From positions 98 to 64,097 of the forward strand of contig JBJDZG010000012.1 of assembly GCA_051867875.1 (NCBI GenBank): a stretch of DNA of 64,000 nt, given 5' to 3'. This document shows positions 53,717-63,978 of the stretch, piece after piece. The notes beneath the pieces were generated by a model, which saw nothing but the letters and a program-made list of their open reading frames with translations, was not told where the DNA came from and made no database searches. Source of the stretch: Eubacteriales bacterium (GTDB taxonomy: Bacteria; Bacillota; Clostridia; Oscillospirales; CAG-272). How positions within the stretch are numbered: position 1 is the stretch's first letter; every line of letters starts with the position of its first letter. The position numbers were made by a program, and so were the translations under genes.

Positions 53717-54661
53717 TTATATACATATCAAAATTGCCCCGAGGGAAAAAACGAGCGAGAGAGTTATCAGCAAAAGAGTGGCACATTCTGCGGTAAATCC
53801 GCGTGCGAGCAGGCGGTGATGAAAATGCCCTTTGTCCGCTTTGAAAGGATTTTTGCCCTTTATAAGTCTGCGTACAAAGCTCTGCACGGTGTCCGCGCTC
53901 GGTATGCGAAAGGTCAGTGCTATCGCGCAAAAGAGTTTTAGTCTGTCGCTCTCGAAAAACAGCTTAGAGGCGAGCGCACCGAGGATAAAACCGAGGAAAA
54001 GAGCTCCGCCGTCGCCCATAAATATTTTTGCGGGGTGGACGTTTCTCGGCAAAAAGCCGAGCAGAACGCAAAGCAGAAGCAAAGCTACCCAAAAAATATC
54101 GTGATTTTCCAAAATCAGAGCGATGAGCGCGAGTGTCAGTGCACTGACCGATGAAAGACCGCCCGCGAGTCCGTCGAGTCCGTCGGAGAGATTTATCGCG
54201 TTGCAGATAAAGACTATCCAGAACACAGTCAAAAGCCCGAATATAGCGCCCGCTACGCTCGTGTTGCTTGCATTTATGCGCCCGATGAAAAAATATACTG
54301 CCACCGCCGCAAACTGTCCTGTGAGCTTTGCAAAGGGCGGCAGCGAGAGAACATCGTCAAGAAATCCTATCGAAAATATCGTGCAAACACCCGCAAAAAG
54401 TGCTATTTTGAAATTTAAGTCAATGTGCAGCAGGGGTAAAAAAGCCGTAAATGCCGCGAAAAAGGCAAATCCGCCCGTGCGCGCGGTGGCTTTCGTGTGT
54501 ACCTTCCTATCGCTCGGCAAATCTATCGCTCCCACCGCTTTCGCAATTTTAAGGGAAGGCAAAAAGAGTGAATAGGAGAGCAAAAATGCTCCTGCAAACA
54601 GAGCGATATTCAAAAACAAAGCAAAATAAAGCATAAAAACTCCTTTGACAATATGTATCAA
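53717..54661 (-). CDS. glycosyltransferase family 4 / MraY-like polyprenyl-phosphate sugar-1-phosphate transferase (TagO/WecA-like)
   Basis: 314 aa polytopic protein with NLSDGLDGLAGG and MGDGGALFLGF motifs. Confidence 0.8.
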   Translation of the reverse strand: MIHIVKGVFMLYFALFLNIALFAGAFLLSYSLFLPSLKIAKAVGAIDLPSDRKVHTKATARTGGFAFFAAFTAFLPLLHIDLNFKIALFAGVCTIFSIGFLDDVLSLPPFAKLTGQFAAVAVYFFIGRINASNTSVAGAIFGLLTVFWIVFICNAINLSDGLDGLAGGLSSVSALTLALIALILENHDIFWVALLLLCVLLGFLPRNVHPAKIFMGDGGALFLGFILGALASKLFFESDRLKLFCAIALTFRIPSADTVQSFVRRLIKGKNPFKADKGHFHHRLLARGFTAECATLLLITLSLVFSLGAILICI

Positions 54662-54692
54662 AGGAGTTTTATTGAATTAAAAATATGTTTAC

Positions 54693-55691
54693 TTATATCT
54701 GTACGAAACCGAGTTTTCTTCTCACCTTGGAAAGTGTCTTGCGAGCGTAGTAGGAAGCCTCGTCCGCGCCCTTCTTCATCTGCGCTTCAAGGAATGCCTT
54801 GTCGGAGATGAGCTCGTTATAGCGCGCCTGAATGGGAGCGAGCGCGTCCGCGCAGGATTCACCGACAGCGAGCTTGAATTCACCGTATCCGCGTCCGTCA
54901 AACTCTCTTTCAATCTCGTCGAGAGTTTTTCCGGTAAAGCACGAATAAATATTCATAAGGTTGTTGATACCGTCCTTGCCCTCGGCAAAGCGAACGCAGG
55001 TGTCGGAGTCGGTAACGGCTCTCTTGAACTTCTTAATTATTGTGTCCCTGTCATCGAGAATATATACCACGGCGTTTGCATTTTCGTCGGATTTGCTCAT
55101 TTTCTTCGTGGGGTCAACAAGAGAATTTATCTTTGTGCCCGCCTTTGTGAGCATGGGCTCGGGGATTGTAAACGTATCGGGATACAGCTGATTAAATCTC
55201 TCGGCGATATCTCTTGCAAGCTCAAGATGCTGTTTCTGGTCGATTCCCACGGGAACGACGTCGGTCTGGTAGAGCAAAATATCCGCCGCCATAAGAGAGG
55301 GATACGTGAAAAGTCCCGCGTTGATATTGTCGGCATGGCGTGCGCTCTTGTCCTTGAACTGAGTCATTCTGGAAAGCTCGCCGAACATAGTAAAGCAGTT
55401 GAGAATCCAAGCAAGGTCGGTGTGCGCGGGCACGTGGCTCTGCACGTAGAGGGTATTCTTTTCGGGGTCAAGTCCACAAGCTATATAGAGAGCGAGAGTT
55501 TCGTAGGTTCTTCTTCTGAGCTCTGCGGGCACCTGACGGACGGTTATCGCGTGGTTGTCAACGACGCAGTAAAAGCACTTATATTCCTCGGAGTATTTTG
55601 CAAAATTTCCTATCGCGCCGAGGTAGTTGCCGATAGTGAGATTTCCGCTGGGCTGAACACCCGAGAAGCAAATTTTTTCGTTATTTATCAT
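54693..55691 (-). CDS. trpS: tryptophan--tRNA ligase
   Basis: 332 aa with class I HIGN-like (GNLTIGNYLG) and KMSKS motifs. Confidence 0.95.
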   Translation of the reverse strand: MINNEKICFSGVQPSGNLTIGNYLGAIGNFAKYSEEYKCFYCVVDNHAITVRQVPAELRRRTYETLALYIACGLDPEKNTLYVQSHVPAHTDLAWILNCFTMFGELSRMTQFKDKSARHADNINAGLFTYPSLMAADILLYQTDVVPVGIDQKQHLELARDIAERFNQLYPDTFTIPEPMLTKAGTKINSLVDPTKKMSKSDENANAVVYILDDRDTIIKKFKRAVTDSDTCVRFAEGKDGINNLMNIYSCFTGKTLDEIEREFDGRGYGEFKLAVGESCADALAPIQARYNELISDKAFLEAQMKKGADEASYYARKTLSKVRRKLGFVQI

Positions 55692-55831
55692 AAAATCACC
55701 TTCTTACAAATATACGAAGATATTTTATCATATATTTTACTGTTTTTCAAGTCCAAATGTCAAATATCTGTTGAAAAATTGCATTATTTGTGGTAAAATA
55801 AATCAAATAATCAAACAAGGAGAACTATATT

Positions 55832-56470
55832 ATGATAAAAATTGAGCGCGTGAGCGTGATGAATATAGAAAACGCGATAAGGGGTGCGAGAAATCCCCTT
55901 AACAGCTGGGGCAGAAGCGACAGCTATTACGGCGAGAACGGCGAATTTGTCCTCGGTCCAAACGACCTTGATTTGGCGATGCGACTTGCGAAAGCGGGCA
56001 ACGACCACAGAAAATTTCTTCGTCAGATATTCGTGTCCGTGGATATTACCGCACCTCTTTACTGGTGGAAGGAGTTTGATACTTACAAGGTCGGAACGGT
56101 TGCAAATTCTTGCTCGACTATGCACAAAATACACCACAAGCCCTTTGAAAGAGCGGATTTTTCCTGCGAGGAGATGGACGGAGGAGCGCTCGCGGTTCTC
56201 GACTCCGTAATTGAATTTATGGAAGGCGAAAGAGTTAAATTCTGCGAGGACAAAAAGAACAGACAGGCTTGGATAAATATGATACAGATACTTCCGACGT
56301 CCTACAACCAGATGAGAACGGTTACTCTCAACTACGAAAATCTAATTAATATGTATTATGCAAGAAGGACGCACAAGCTCCACGAGTGGCACGACCTCTG
56401 CGACTGGATAATGACGCTTCCTTACGCTGAACAGCTTATCGCGGTAAAGAGCGAGCCCGATGTTCACTGA
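55832..56470 (+). CDS. ThyX(Thy1)-like protein lacking the canonical RHRxxSxxxxSxRY motif
   Basis: 212 aa. DHRKFLRQIFVSVDITAPLYWWKEFDTYKVGTVANSCSTMH aligns by eye with the ThyX core, but the catalytic/dUMP-binding residues are replaced. Confidence 0.5.
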   Translation: MIKIERVSVMNIENAIRGARNPLNSWGRSDSYYGENGEFVLGPNDLDLAMRLAKAGNDHRKFLRQIFVSVDITAPLYWWKEFDTYKVGTVANSCSTMHKIHHKPFERADFSCEEMDGGALAVLDSVIEFMEGERVKFCEDKKNRQAWINMIQILPTSYNQMRTVTLNYENLINMYYARRTHKLHEWHDLCDWIMTLPYAEQLIAVKSEPDVH

Positions 56471-57269
56471 GATAAAAAAGGGCGGTGTGCTCTACCTTGT
56501 CAGCGATAAACTGAAATCAAAGCACGCTTTTTCCACGAGAGTGGGCGGAGTGAGCGACGAAGAGCACACGTGTTCTCTCAACTTTGCCTTTGGCAAGGGC
56601 GACGGCGAAGAAACGGTGCTTGAAAATTATCGGATTTTCGCAAACGCTCTCGGTATTGACGCGAAGAAAATTATAAGCGTTCCGCAGATACACTCAAACG
56701 ACGTAAGACTCGTGAGGGAAACCGAGGCGGGCTTTGGCGTTGTAAAAGAATCGCCGTTTTTATGCGACGGATACGTAAGTACGGCTGACGGCTTACCGAT
56801 AGCGGTAAAGACCGCTGACTGCGTACCAATCTTGCTTGAAGCGAGGGACGGCGACGGAAAAGTAATTGCAGTTTGTGCTACTCACGCAGGTTGGCGGGGC
56901 ACGGCTGACAAAATTGCCGAGGTAGCTGTCGAAAAGCTCCTTTCGCTCGGTGCTGAAAGAGAAAATATTTTTGCGGCAATAGGACCGTCAATACATAGAT
57001 TTTGCTATGAAGTCGGAGAGAATTTTGCCAAGGAAATATCGAAAAAACTTGGACAAAGCTACGAAAACAAATTTATTACAAGACGCGCCGACGGTAAGAT
57101 TTTTGCCGATGTTGCGGGCATGGACAAAGAAATTTTGCTCTCGTGCGGAATTCCGAGAAAGAATATTGACGCCTGCGAGATGTGCACTTTTTGCAACGGA
57201 GAATACTTTTATTCCCACCGCCGACAGAGGGAAAAAAGAGGCGCACTTTTGAATTTAATATGCAAATAA
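56460..57269 (+). CDS. pgeF: peptidoglycan editing factor PgeF (YfiH/laccase-domain family)
   Basis: 269 aa with the HSNDV, TADCVPILL and HAGWRGT signature. Confidence 0.85.
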   Translation: MFTEIKKGGVLYLVSDKLKSKHAFSTRVGGVSDEEHTCSLNFAFGKGDGEETVLENYRIFANALGIDAKKIISVPQIHSNDVRLVRETEAGFGVVKESPFLCDGYVSTADGLPIAVKTADCVPILLEARDGDGKVIAVCATHAGWRGTADKIAEVAVEKLLSLGAERENIFAAIGPSIHRFCYEVGENFAKEISKKLGQSYENKFITRRADGKIFADVAGMDKEILLSCGIPRKNIDACEMCTFCNGEYFYSHRRQREKRGALLNLICK

Positions 57270-57273
57270 AAGG

Positions 57274-57304
57274 AAAACTGCAAGTATAAACTTGCAGTTT
57301 TCTA
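57274..57304 (+). terminator. Rho-independent terminator after pgeF
   Basis: aaaactgcaag / cttgcagtttt stem. Confidence 0.8.
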
Positions 57305-57416
57305 TTATATTATTTGTTAAAAATCCGATAATTATTCAAAAACTGTTGTACAAAACAGCTATAAAAATTCTCTTAAAAATACTTAAAAAGAAAAAACAAA
57401 AATTTCAAAAAAGGTA

Positions 57417-57445
57417 TTGATTTTTATTTTTTATTGTGATATAAT
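57417..57445 (+). promoter_or_regulatory. sigma-A promoter of tRNA-Thr
   Basis: TTGATT, 17-nt spacer, TATAAT with an extended -10 TG. Confidence 0.65.
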
Positions 57446-57463
57446 AACGGAGTCGCAGATAAT

Positions 57464-57539
57464 GCTGCTATGGCTCAGTCGGTAGAGCACGTCATTGGTA
57501 ATGACGAGGTCATCAGTTCGATTCTGATTAGCAGCTCCA
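57464..57539 (+). tRNA. tRNA-Thr (anticodon GGU), CCA encoded
   Basis: A manual cloverleaf fold works: acceptor GCTGCTA/TAGCAGC, D-arm GCTC/GAGC, anticodon stem CGTCA/TGACG with loop TTGGTAA, T-arm ATCAG-TTCGATT-CTGAT, discriminator T, then CCA. Confidence 0.93.
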
Positions 57540-57540
57540 G

Positions 57541-57568
57541 AAAAAGCACTCTTCGGAGTGCTTTTTTT
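57541..57568. terminator. Bidirectional terminator (tRNA-Thr and convergent mecA)
   Basis: aaaaagcactc / gagtgcttttt stem with a ttcg loop. Confidence 0.85.
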
Positions 57569-57629
57569 CGGTTTTTCGGCAAATGCATGTCTGCGTAAGC
57601 GGAGTATTTGGCAAGAGCGCCGTAATATT

Positions 57630-58265
57630 TTATTCGCAGACACGGCTGACGGCGTTCTCCGTGTAAATGCAGGAGCCGTATTCTCCGACGTACATCGAGG
57701 AGATTTCCGAATTTTCAAGCTCACCGAATTCCGAAAGATAGGAAGACGGTGAGCTTTTTTCCTTGCTTCCGCTCTCAAAGCTGACAAATAGGTAGTATTT
57801 TCCCTCGTCGGAGAGGTGGAGCTCACTCTCGCCGACGAAACCGCGCGAGCGCAGAGAGAGGCAAGCCTCCCTGACGTTCTCCAAATTTTCAAATCGGTAC
57901 GCGAGCGTTATTTTTCTGCTTTCGCTTTTCTTTTGCTTGGCAGTGGGGAGCAACCGCTCGCCGTCGCTGAATACGGGCATAGAGTTATCCTCCTTGGATA
58001 TGTAATCTTCCCCGATGGGGAGCTTGGTTACGAACAGCTCACACCCGCCGTCCCTCTGTGCGTAAAGCTGGAGCAATATTCTCTCTCCGTCTTTGTGCAC
58101 TTCAAAGCCCGTATGAACGTGACTTGACGATAGAATGTTGTCAAGAATTTTCCGCGTATTCGTCATCGAGCAGTAAAACTCGTTTTCATCAAGTCCGTAT
58201 TGCTTCATCTCATCGTCGTTCATCATTATTTTAAGTTTGTTTTCGCTGATTATTATTAATTTCAT
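57630..58265 (-). CDS. mecA: adaptor protein MecA
   Basis: 211 aa. The N-terminus MKLIIISENKLKIMMNDDEMKQYGL is typical of MecA. Confidence 0.85.
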   Translation of the reverse strand: MKLIIISENKLKIMMNDDEMKQYGLDENEFYCSMTNTRKILDNILSSSHVHTGFEVHKDGERILLQLYAQRDGGCELFVTKLPIGEDYISKEDNSMPVFSDGERLLPTAKQKKSESRKITLAYRFENLENVREACLSLRSRGFVGESELHLSDEGKYYLFVSFESGSKEKSSPSSYLSEFGELENSEISSMYVGEYGSCIYTENAVSRVCE

Positions 58266-58357
58266 CTATAATTCCTCCGACTATATTATAACGCAAAACG
58301 CGCTAAAATGATAGTGCAAAAATATTGGAAATTTCGGCGTTTGTGCGTCGTTTTGTC

Positions 58358-58386
58358 TTGACGGGCGGTGTTATATATGATAAAAT
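58358..58386 (+). promoter_or_regulatory. sigma-A promoter of the helicase gene
   Basis: TTGACG, 17-nt spacer, TAAAAT with an extended -10 TG. Confidence 0.6.
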
Positions 58387-58417
58387 ATATAGTAAATTAC
58401 CGAAAGGGGGCGAGCGT

Positions 58418-60844
58418 ATGCGATACAACGAGAATGAATACTGTATAGAAATGAGCGCAGAGGAGCTCTGCGCGCTTGTCGCGCGCCCGTCCGACCTTGA
58501 CAGCCGTGCTATTTCCTCAATGAATATAAAAAGCAAGAGCTTTGACGTCTATCTTTCGCAGATGCCCGATTACGAGCGCTCGCTTGAGAGCGTGAGGGTG
58601 GCGTGCGAGCTTCACAATACGGCGGGAATTCACGGAAATTATTACACCGTTACCGCGTGCGCTCACAGAGCGCACCGCCGGGGAGAGCTGGGCACGGTGG
58701 ACAGATTCGTTGAGAGAAGATATATAAGTGACGGTGCTTTTCCCGACAATTTTGACATAGCACTGCTCAAAACGGACGCGTATTTCTACGCGTGCAAATA
58801 TTCGCTCTCCCGAGTAAATACCAGAATGGTATTTTGCTTCCGCGAGAGCAAGCAGATAAAGATTATCGAGGACAGTTTTGCCGTTGACGCCCTGAGAAAA
58901 AGCTATTACGAGCTCCTTGAACGTGCGGACTTTTTCGGTAGGCTTATGATAAAACGAAAGAATGAGGTATTACCACATCTGCGCCGAGTGCCGTTTCCGT
59001 ATCCCGAAATAAGAGAGGGGCAGGAAACGATGATTAAGGCGGTTTATAGGGGAATTGTTAAAAAGAAAAACGTTTTCGTTCAGGCCCCCACGGGAATTGG
59101 CAAAACGATTTCTTCGCTCTATCCCGCTGTGCGCGCGATGAGTGAGGGCAGAGTGGACAAGATTTTCTATCTTACCGCCAAATCAAGCACGCGCAGAGAG
59201 GCGTTTTCGGCGATGAAAAAGCTACACTCGGCGGGCGCAGACCTCAAAACCGTTATAATCGGCTCAAAGGACAGTATGTGCCTGTGCCCGAAAAAGGCGG
59301 CGACGGGACTTTCCGCGGGCAATTTCTGCAATTCCTTTGACTGCGAATACGCAAAAGGTTATTATGACAGAGTGAATGACGCCATAAAGGAGTTTATTGA
59401 AAACTACAACGGCTACACGCAGAGCCTTATCTTGAGCGTGGCAAAAAAATATGCGGTGTGTCCTTACGAGCTCTCGCTCGACCTCTCACTGCTTTGCGAC
59501 GTCATCGTTTGCGACTACAATTACATTTTTGACCCGATAATATATTTTCAGCGCTATTTCGGCGAGGGTGCAGAGGAGAAAAACTACGTCTTTTTGGTTG
59601 ACGAGGCGCACAATCTTCCCGACAGAGCGGTGGATATGTACTCCGCCTCTCTCTCAAAAAACGCGCTTGAAGCTTTAATAAACGATATTCCGTCCCACGA
59701 CAGCGAGTTAATTAATGAACTTGACGGCTTTATACGCGAGCTTGAAAATTCCAAAAAGCTCTGTTATGATAATATGACGAAAAGCGAAAACGGTGAGGAG
59801 CAGGGCTACTATATAAGTAAGAACGCCTACTCTGAGATTTCGGACAGAGTTGAAAAGCTCTGTCTTGCTCTTGGCACTTGGCTGAGGAAAAACAGGCTCT
59901 CACCTTCGTATATTGCGGTAAAGACCGCTTTTTCGGACGTTTCAAAATTCAAGAAGATTTCCGAGCTTTACGACGAGCACTATATGTTTTTTATCGAGGT
60001 GTCGGGCGGCGACGTCAAGGTGCGCCTTTCCTGCCTTGACCCCTCGCATCAGCTATCTCTGTGTCAGAGCCGAGCGGTGTCGAGCGTTATGTTTTCGGCG
60101 ACTCTTGAGCCTATTGACTATTTTTCGGACATTCTCGGTGGGGACAAAAACAGCATAAAAATTCAGCTCCCGTCACCTTTCGAGCAGAAAAATCTCGGTC
60201 TGTACTGCGTTGACAGCATCAGCACGAGGTTTGAGGAGAGGGAAGCGTCCTACAAAAAAATCGCATCGTGCATAGCGGGCACGGTGTCGGGCAGAGCGGG
60301 AAATTATATCGTCTTTTTCCCATCGTACAGCTATATGAACAAGGTCAGAGAGGAATTTGAGGAAAAGTATCCGAAGGTCAAAATTTTTGCTCAGAGCGGA
60401 AATATGAGCTACTCGGAAAAAGAGGAATTTCTTTCGAATTTCAAAGAGGACACGGGTGTCTTACGCGTGGGCTTTTGCGTACTCGGCGGAAGCTTTTCCG
60501 AGGGCATTGACCTGCCCGGAACAAGACTTATCGGCACGGTAATAGTCGGCGTCGGACTTCCGGGACTTTCAAACGAACGGAACATTATGAAGGAATATTT
60601 TGAAAACACCCGCGAAAACGGCTACGATTACGCCTACACCTATCCCGGAATGAACCGCGTGCTTCAGGCGGCGGGGCGCGTAATAAGAACAGAAAATGAC
60701 AGGGGCGTCGTGGTGCTCATCGACGACAGATACGCGTCGGAGCAGTATAAAAATATGTTCCCCTTGCATTGGAGTCACGCAAAATACGCTCACAGCGCCG
60801 CAGAACTCGCCTCTTTTGTCAAAAAATTCTGGTCCGAGGGCTAA
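58418..60844 (+). CDS. XPD/Rad3/DinG-family Fe-S DNA helicase with an uncharacterised N-terminal domain of about 200 aa
   Basis: Start MRYNENEY after AAAGGGGG. Walker A is QAPTGIGKT and the DEAH box is VDEAHNL. A Cys cluster (CLCP...CNSFDC...CPYE) fits an XPD-type 4Fe-4S domain. The C-terminal motif is AAGRVIR. Confidence 0.85.
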   Translation: MRYNENEYCIEMSAEELCALVARPSDLDSRAISSMNIKSKSFDVYLSQMPDYERSLESVRVACELHNTAGIHGNYYTVTACAHRAHRRGELGTVDRFVERRYISDGAFPDNFDIALLKTDAYFYACKYSLSRVNTRMVFCFRESKQIKIIEDSFAVDALRKSYYELLERADFFGRLMIKRKNEVLPHLRRVPFPYPEIREGQETMIKAVYRGIVKKKNVFVQAPTGIGKTISSLYPAVRAMSEGRVDKIFYLTAKSSTRREAFSAMKKLHSAGADLKTVIIGSKDSMCLCPKKAATGLSAGNFCNSFDCEYAKGYYDRVNDAIKEFIENYNGYTQSLILSVAKKYAVCPYELSLDLSLLCDVIVCDYNYIFDPIIYFQRYFGEGAEEKNYVFLVDEAHNLPDRAVDMYSASLSKNALEALINDIPSHDSELINELDGFIRELENSKKLCYDNMTKSENGEEQGYYISKNAYSEISDRVEKLCLALGTWLRKNRLSPSYIAVKTAFSDVSKFKKISELYDEHYMFFIEVSGGDVKVRLSCLDPSHQLSLCQSRAVSSVMFSATLEPIDYFSDILGGDKNSIKIQLPSPFEQKNLGLYCVDSISTRFEEREASYKKIASCIAGTVSGRAGNYIVFFPSYSYMNKVREEFEEKYPKVKIFAQSGNMSYSEKEEFLSNFKEDTGVLRVGFCVLGGSFSEGIDLPGTRLIGTVIVGVGLPGLSNERNIMKEYFENTRENGYDYAYTYPGMNRVLQAAGRVIRTENDRGVVVLIDDRYASEQYKNMFPLHWSHAKYAHSAAELASFVKKFWSEG

Positions 60845-60860
60845 AAAATCGCTCAAAGTC

Positions 60861-60889
60861 TTGAAATTCGGGAGTTTTTGTGGTAAAAT
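60861..60889 (+). promoter_or_regulatory. sigma-A promoter of asnS
   Basis: TTGAAA, 17-nt spacer, TAAAAT with an extended -10 TG. Confidence 0.55.
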
Positions 60890-60980
60890 AACTCAGATAT
60901 AACGTATTTTGCCGAATAAATGGTCAATTTGATACAAGAAAAGATAATTCAACACTAAAAATAAAGAAGAAGGTAGAAAA

Positions 60981-62375
60981 ATGAAACGCATTACTGTCAA
61001 AGAATTATTTGCATCTCCCGAGAGCTTTTCGGGACAGAAAATCACCGTTGCGGGCTGGGCGAGAACCATTCGCGCAAGCAACGTTTTCGGATTTATCGAG
61101 CTCAACGACGGAAGCTATTTCAAAAATCTTCAGGTCGTTTTTGAAGATGCAAAGCTTGAAAATTATAAAACGGTAGCAAAGCAGAACGTGGGCTGTTCCT
61201 TTATAATCGAGGGAACTCTCGTGCTCACACCCGACGCTCCCCAGCCCTTTGAGCTTAAAGCCGAAAAGATTGACATTGAGGGCGCGTCCACACCCGACTA
61301 TCCGCTTCAAAAGAAAAGGCATTCGCTCGAATATCTCCGCACGATAGCGCATCTCCGCCCCCGTTCAAATACTTTTAACGCGGTGTTCCGCGTCCGTTCC
61401 GTGGCAGCTTACGCTATTCATAAGTTCTTCCAGGAGAGAGGCTTCGTTTACGTTCATACACCTCTTATCACGGGCTCGGACTGCGAGGGCGCGGGCGAAA
61501 TGTTCCAGGTAACCACGCTTGACCTTGACAATCCTCCGAGAAACGAGCAGGGCGAGATTGACTACACGCAGGACTTCTTCGGAAAGAGAACGGGACTTAC
61601 CGTTTCTGGTCAGCTCAACGTTGAAACTTACGCCATGGCGTTTGCAAACGTATATACGTTCGGTCCCACATTCCGCGCAGAGCGCTCCAACACACAGCGC
61701 CACGCCGCCGAATTCTGGATGGTGGAGCCCGAGCTCGCATTTGCAGACCTCAACGACTATATGGACACGGCGGAAGCTATGATGAAATTCGTTCTCAGCT
61801 ACGTAATGGAAAATTGCCCTGCCGAGATGGAATTTTTCAATAAATTCTTCGATAATACGCTTATCGAAAGACTTACTTCGCTCGTAAACAGCGAGTTCGG
61901 CAGAATTTCCTACACGGAAGCAGTCGAAAAATTGCAGAACTGCGGACACGAGTTTGAATATCCTGTATATTGGGGTATGGATCTTCAGACAGAGCACGAG
62001 AGATATCTCACCGAGGAGATTTTCAAGAAGCCCGTATTCGTTACGGACTATCCGAAGGAAATCAAGGCGTTCTATATGCGTCAGAACGACGACGGCAAGA
62101 CCGTCGCGGCGGCGGATATGCTCGTCCCCGGCGTAGGAGAGCTCATCGGCGGCTCACAGCGTGAGGAGAGAATGGATAAACTCCTCTGTGCTATGGAGAA
62201 ATTCAACCTTAACCCCGAGGACTACTGGTGGTACCTTGAGCTTCGTAAGTACGGCGGCTGCCGTCATGCGGGCTTCGGTCTCGGATTTGAAAGACTTATT
62301 ATGTATATCACGTCCGTTTCCAACATAAGGGACGTTGAGGCATTCCCGAGAACGACGGGTAACGCAGAGTTCTGA
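60981..62375 (+). CDS. asnS: asparagine--tRNA ligase
   Basis: 464 aa class IIb synthetase with an N-terminal OB fold, and [17 protein letters not shown] and GFGLGFERL motifs. Confidence 0.95.
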   Translation: MKRITVKELFASPESFSGQKITVAGWARTIRASNVFGFIELNDGSYFKNLQVVFEDAKLENYKTVAKQNVGCSFIIEGTLVLTPDAPQPFELKAEKIDIEGASTPDYPLQKKRHSLEYLRTIAHLRPRSNTFNAVFRVRSVAAYAIHKFFQERGFVYVHTPLITGSDCEGAGEMFQVTTLDLDNPPRNEQGEIDYTQDFFGKRTGLTVSGQLNVETYAMAFANVYTFGPTFRAERSNTQRHAAEFWMVEPELAFADLNDYMDTAEAMMKFVLSYVMENCPAEMEFFNKFFDNTLIERLTSLVNSEFGRISYTEAVEKLQNCGHEFEYPVYWGMDLQTEHERYLTEEIFKKPVFVTDYPKEIKAFYMRQNDDGKTVAAADMLVPGVGELIGGSQREERMDKLLCAMEKFNLNPEDYWWYLELRKYGGCRHAGFGLGFERLIMYITSVSNIRDVEAFPRTTGNAEF

Positions 62376-62422
62376 TTATTCTGCCCAAGGGCAATAGCCC
62401 CAAGGCAAAAGGAGGTGTTCAT

Positions 62423-63709
62423 TTGAGATACTCGGATATGAATGAACAACAACTGAATAAACTTTATTTAGAGCTCAAACAGGACTATAAAGATATATGT
62501 AACCAAGGTCTGAAACTTGACCTCTCGAGGGGTAAGCCGGGCAGGGAACAGCTCGATATGATGACGGGTATGCTCGACTGTATATCAAAGAGCGAGGACT
62601 GCATAAACAAGGACGGCGTTGACTACCGAAATTACGGAATTTTGGAGGGCATTCCCGAGGCGAAAAAGCTCTTTTCGGATTTGCTCTCGATACCCGAGGA
62701 AAATATTTTCGTAGCGGGCAACTCGTCTTTGAATCTTATGTACGACACGGTCGCGCGTGCGATGCTCTACGGCGTGCTCGGAAGCGAATGCCCGTGGTGC
62801 AAGCTGCCCAAGGTGAAATTTATCTGCCCCGCACCGGGCTATGACCGACATTTTGCAATCTGTCAGTCGCTCGGCATCGAGATGATAACCGTCGATATGA
62901 CGCCCACCGGACCTGATATGGACGCGGTTGAGGCACTTGCCGCAAGCGACGCTGCTATCAAGGGAACCTGGTGCTGTCCGAAATATTCAAATCCCGACGG
63001 AATTACGTATTCAAGCGAAACCGTCGAGCGCCTTGCCAAAATGCAAACGGCGGCAAACGATTTCCGAATTTTTTGGGATAACGCCTACGCGGTGCACGAC
63101 CTCTACGACGACCGCGCAGATGAGCTCGACGACATTTTCGAGGCGTGCTTAAAGCACGGCCATATTGACAGAGTTTTCTATTTTGCGTCCACGTCAAAGA
63201 TTTCTTTTCCCGGCTCGGGCGTAGCTATCTTTGCGACGAGCACGAGAAATTTCAATCAGATAAGACCCATTCTTGCGGCGCAGACCATAGGTTACGACAA
63301 GATAAATCAAATCCGTCACGTCAAGTATTTCGGCACGGCGGACAATATAAGAGCTCACATGAAGGAGCTTGCAAAAATCATAAGACCTAAATTTGATATA
63401 GTAAAGACAACGCTCGAGCGGGAACTCGGCGAGCACGGTATAGCGTCATGGACAGACCCAAACGGCGGATATTTTATCAGCCTTAATACGATGGACGGCT
63501 GTGCGAAGCGTGTATACTCTCTCGCGAAGGGCGCGGGTATTGTGCTTACGACCGTCGGAGCGACCTTCCCATACGGAAACGACCTGCGGGACAGAAATAT
63601 CCGTATCGCGCCTACTTATCCCTCGAACGAGGATTTGCAGAAGGCGATGAACGTGCTTGCACTCTGCGTCAAAATCGCATCGGTTGAAAAATTGCTCGAA
63701 ATTATTTGA
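62423..63709 (+). CDS. PLP-dependent aminotransferase (class I/II fold)
   Basis: 428 aa. [13 protein letters not shown] contains the probable PLP lysine. The TTG start sits 6-7 nt after AAGGAGG; the alternative is the ATG at 62438. Confidence 0.8.
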   Translation: MRYSDMNEQQLNKLYLELKQDYKDICNQGLKLDLSRGKPGREQLDMMTGMLDCISKSEDCINKDGVDYRNYGILEGIPEAKKLFSDLLSIPEENIFVAGNSSLNLMYDTVARAMLYGVLGSECPWCKLPKVKFICPAPGYDRHFAICQSLGIEMITVDMTPTGPDMDAVEALAASDAAIKGTWCCPKYSNPDGITYSSETVERLAKMQTAANDFRIFWDNAYAVHDLYDDRADELDDIFEACLKHGHIDRVFYFASTSKISFPGSGVAIFATSTRNFNQIRPILAAQTIGYDKINQIRHVKYFGTADNIRAHMKELAKIIRPKFDIVKTTLERELGEHGIASWTDPNGGYFISLNTMDGCAKRVYSLAKGAGIVLTTVGATFPYGNDLRDRNIRIAPTYPSNEDLQKAMNVLALCVKIASVEKLLEII

Positions 63710-63721
63710 ATAGTGTGAAAT

Positions 63722-63762
63722 AAAAACCGCGGCACTCCATAGGAGTGCCGCGGTTTTTATTT
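63722..63762 (+). terminator. Rho-independent terminator
   Basis: ccgcggcactcc / ggagtgccgcgg stem followed by TTTTTATTT. Confidence 0.85.
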
Positions 63763-63763
63763 C

Positions 63764-63840
63764 AAAAGGCGGGCGAAAACGCAGAACGGGCACGGTGCAA
63801 ACACAACACCCGTAGGGGGCGACGTCCTCGACGCCTCGTT
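63764..63840 (+). repeat. GC-rich intergenic repeat, copy 1
   Basis: aaaaggcgggcgaaaac...cacaacacccgtagggggcgacgtcctcgacgcctcgtt matches copy 2 closely. Confidence 0.7.
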
Positions 63841-63900
63841 ATGATTGTGCGATGTGCGCACACCTCAACCGTAGAGCGGGGGGCTTTCTCTCGCCGTCGC

Positions 63901-63978
63901 AAAAGCGGGCGAAAACAATCGCTTGGGTGCGGTGCGAACACAACAACCGTAGGGGGCGACGTCCTCGACGCCCCGTTT
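63901..63978 (+). repeat. GC-rich intergenic repeat, copy 2
   Basis: aaaagcgggcgaaaac...cacaacaaccgtagggggcgacgtcctcgacgccccgtttt. A partial third core (aaccgtagagcgggggg) lies between the copies. Confidence 0.7.

Noticed and set aside
55692-55831. T-box leaders expected upstream of trpS (55692-55831, minus strand) and asnS (60845-60980).
   Set aside because: Both intergenic regions are only about 135-140 nt and are shared with or occupied by promoters. I see no specifier-loop/T-box (AGGGTGGTACCGCG-like) sequence or terminator/antiterminator pair.
57431-57892. A 153-aa minus-strand ORF overlapping tRNA-Thr and the mecA 3' region.
   Set aside because: It overlaps a perfectly folding tRNA, a bidirectional terminator and the well-supported mecA frame. 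Its Arg/Ser/Ala-rich composition indicates a spurious ORF.
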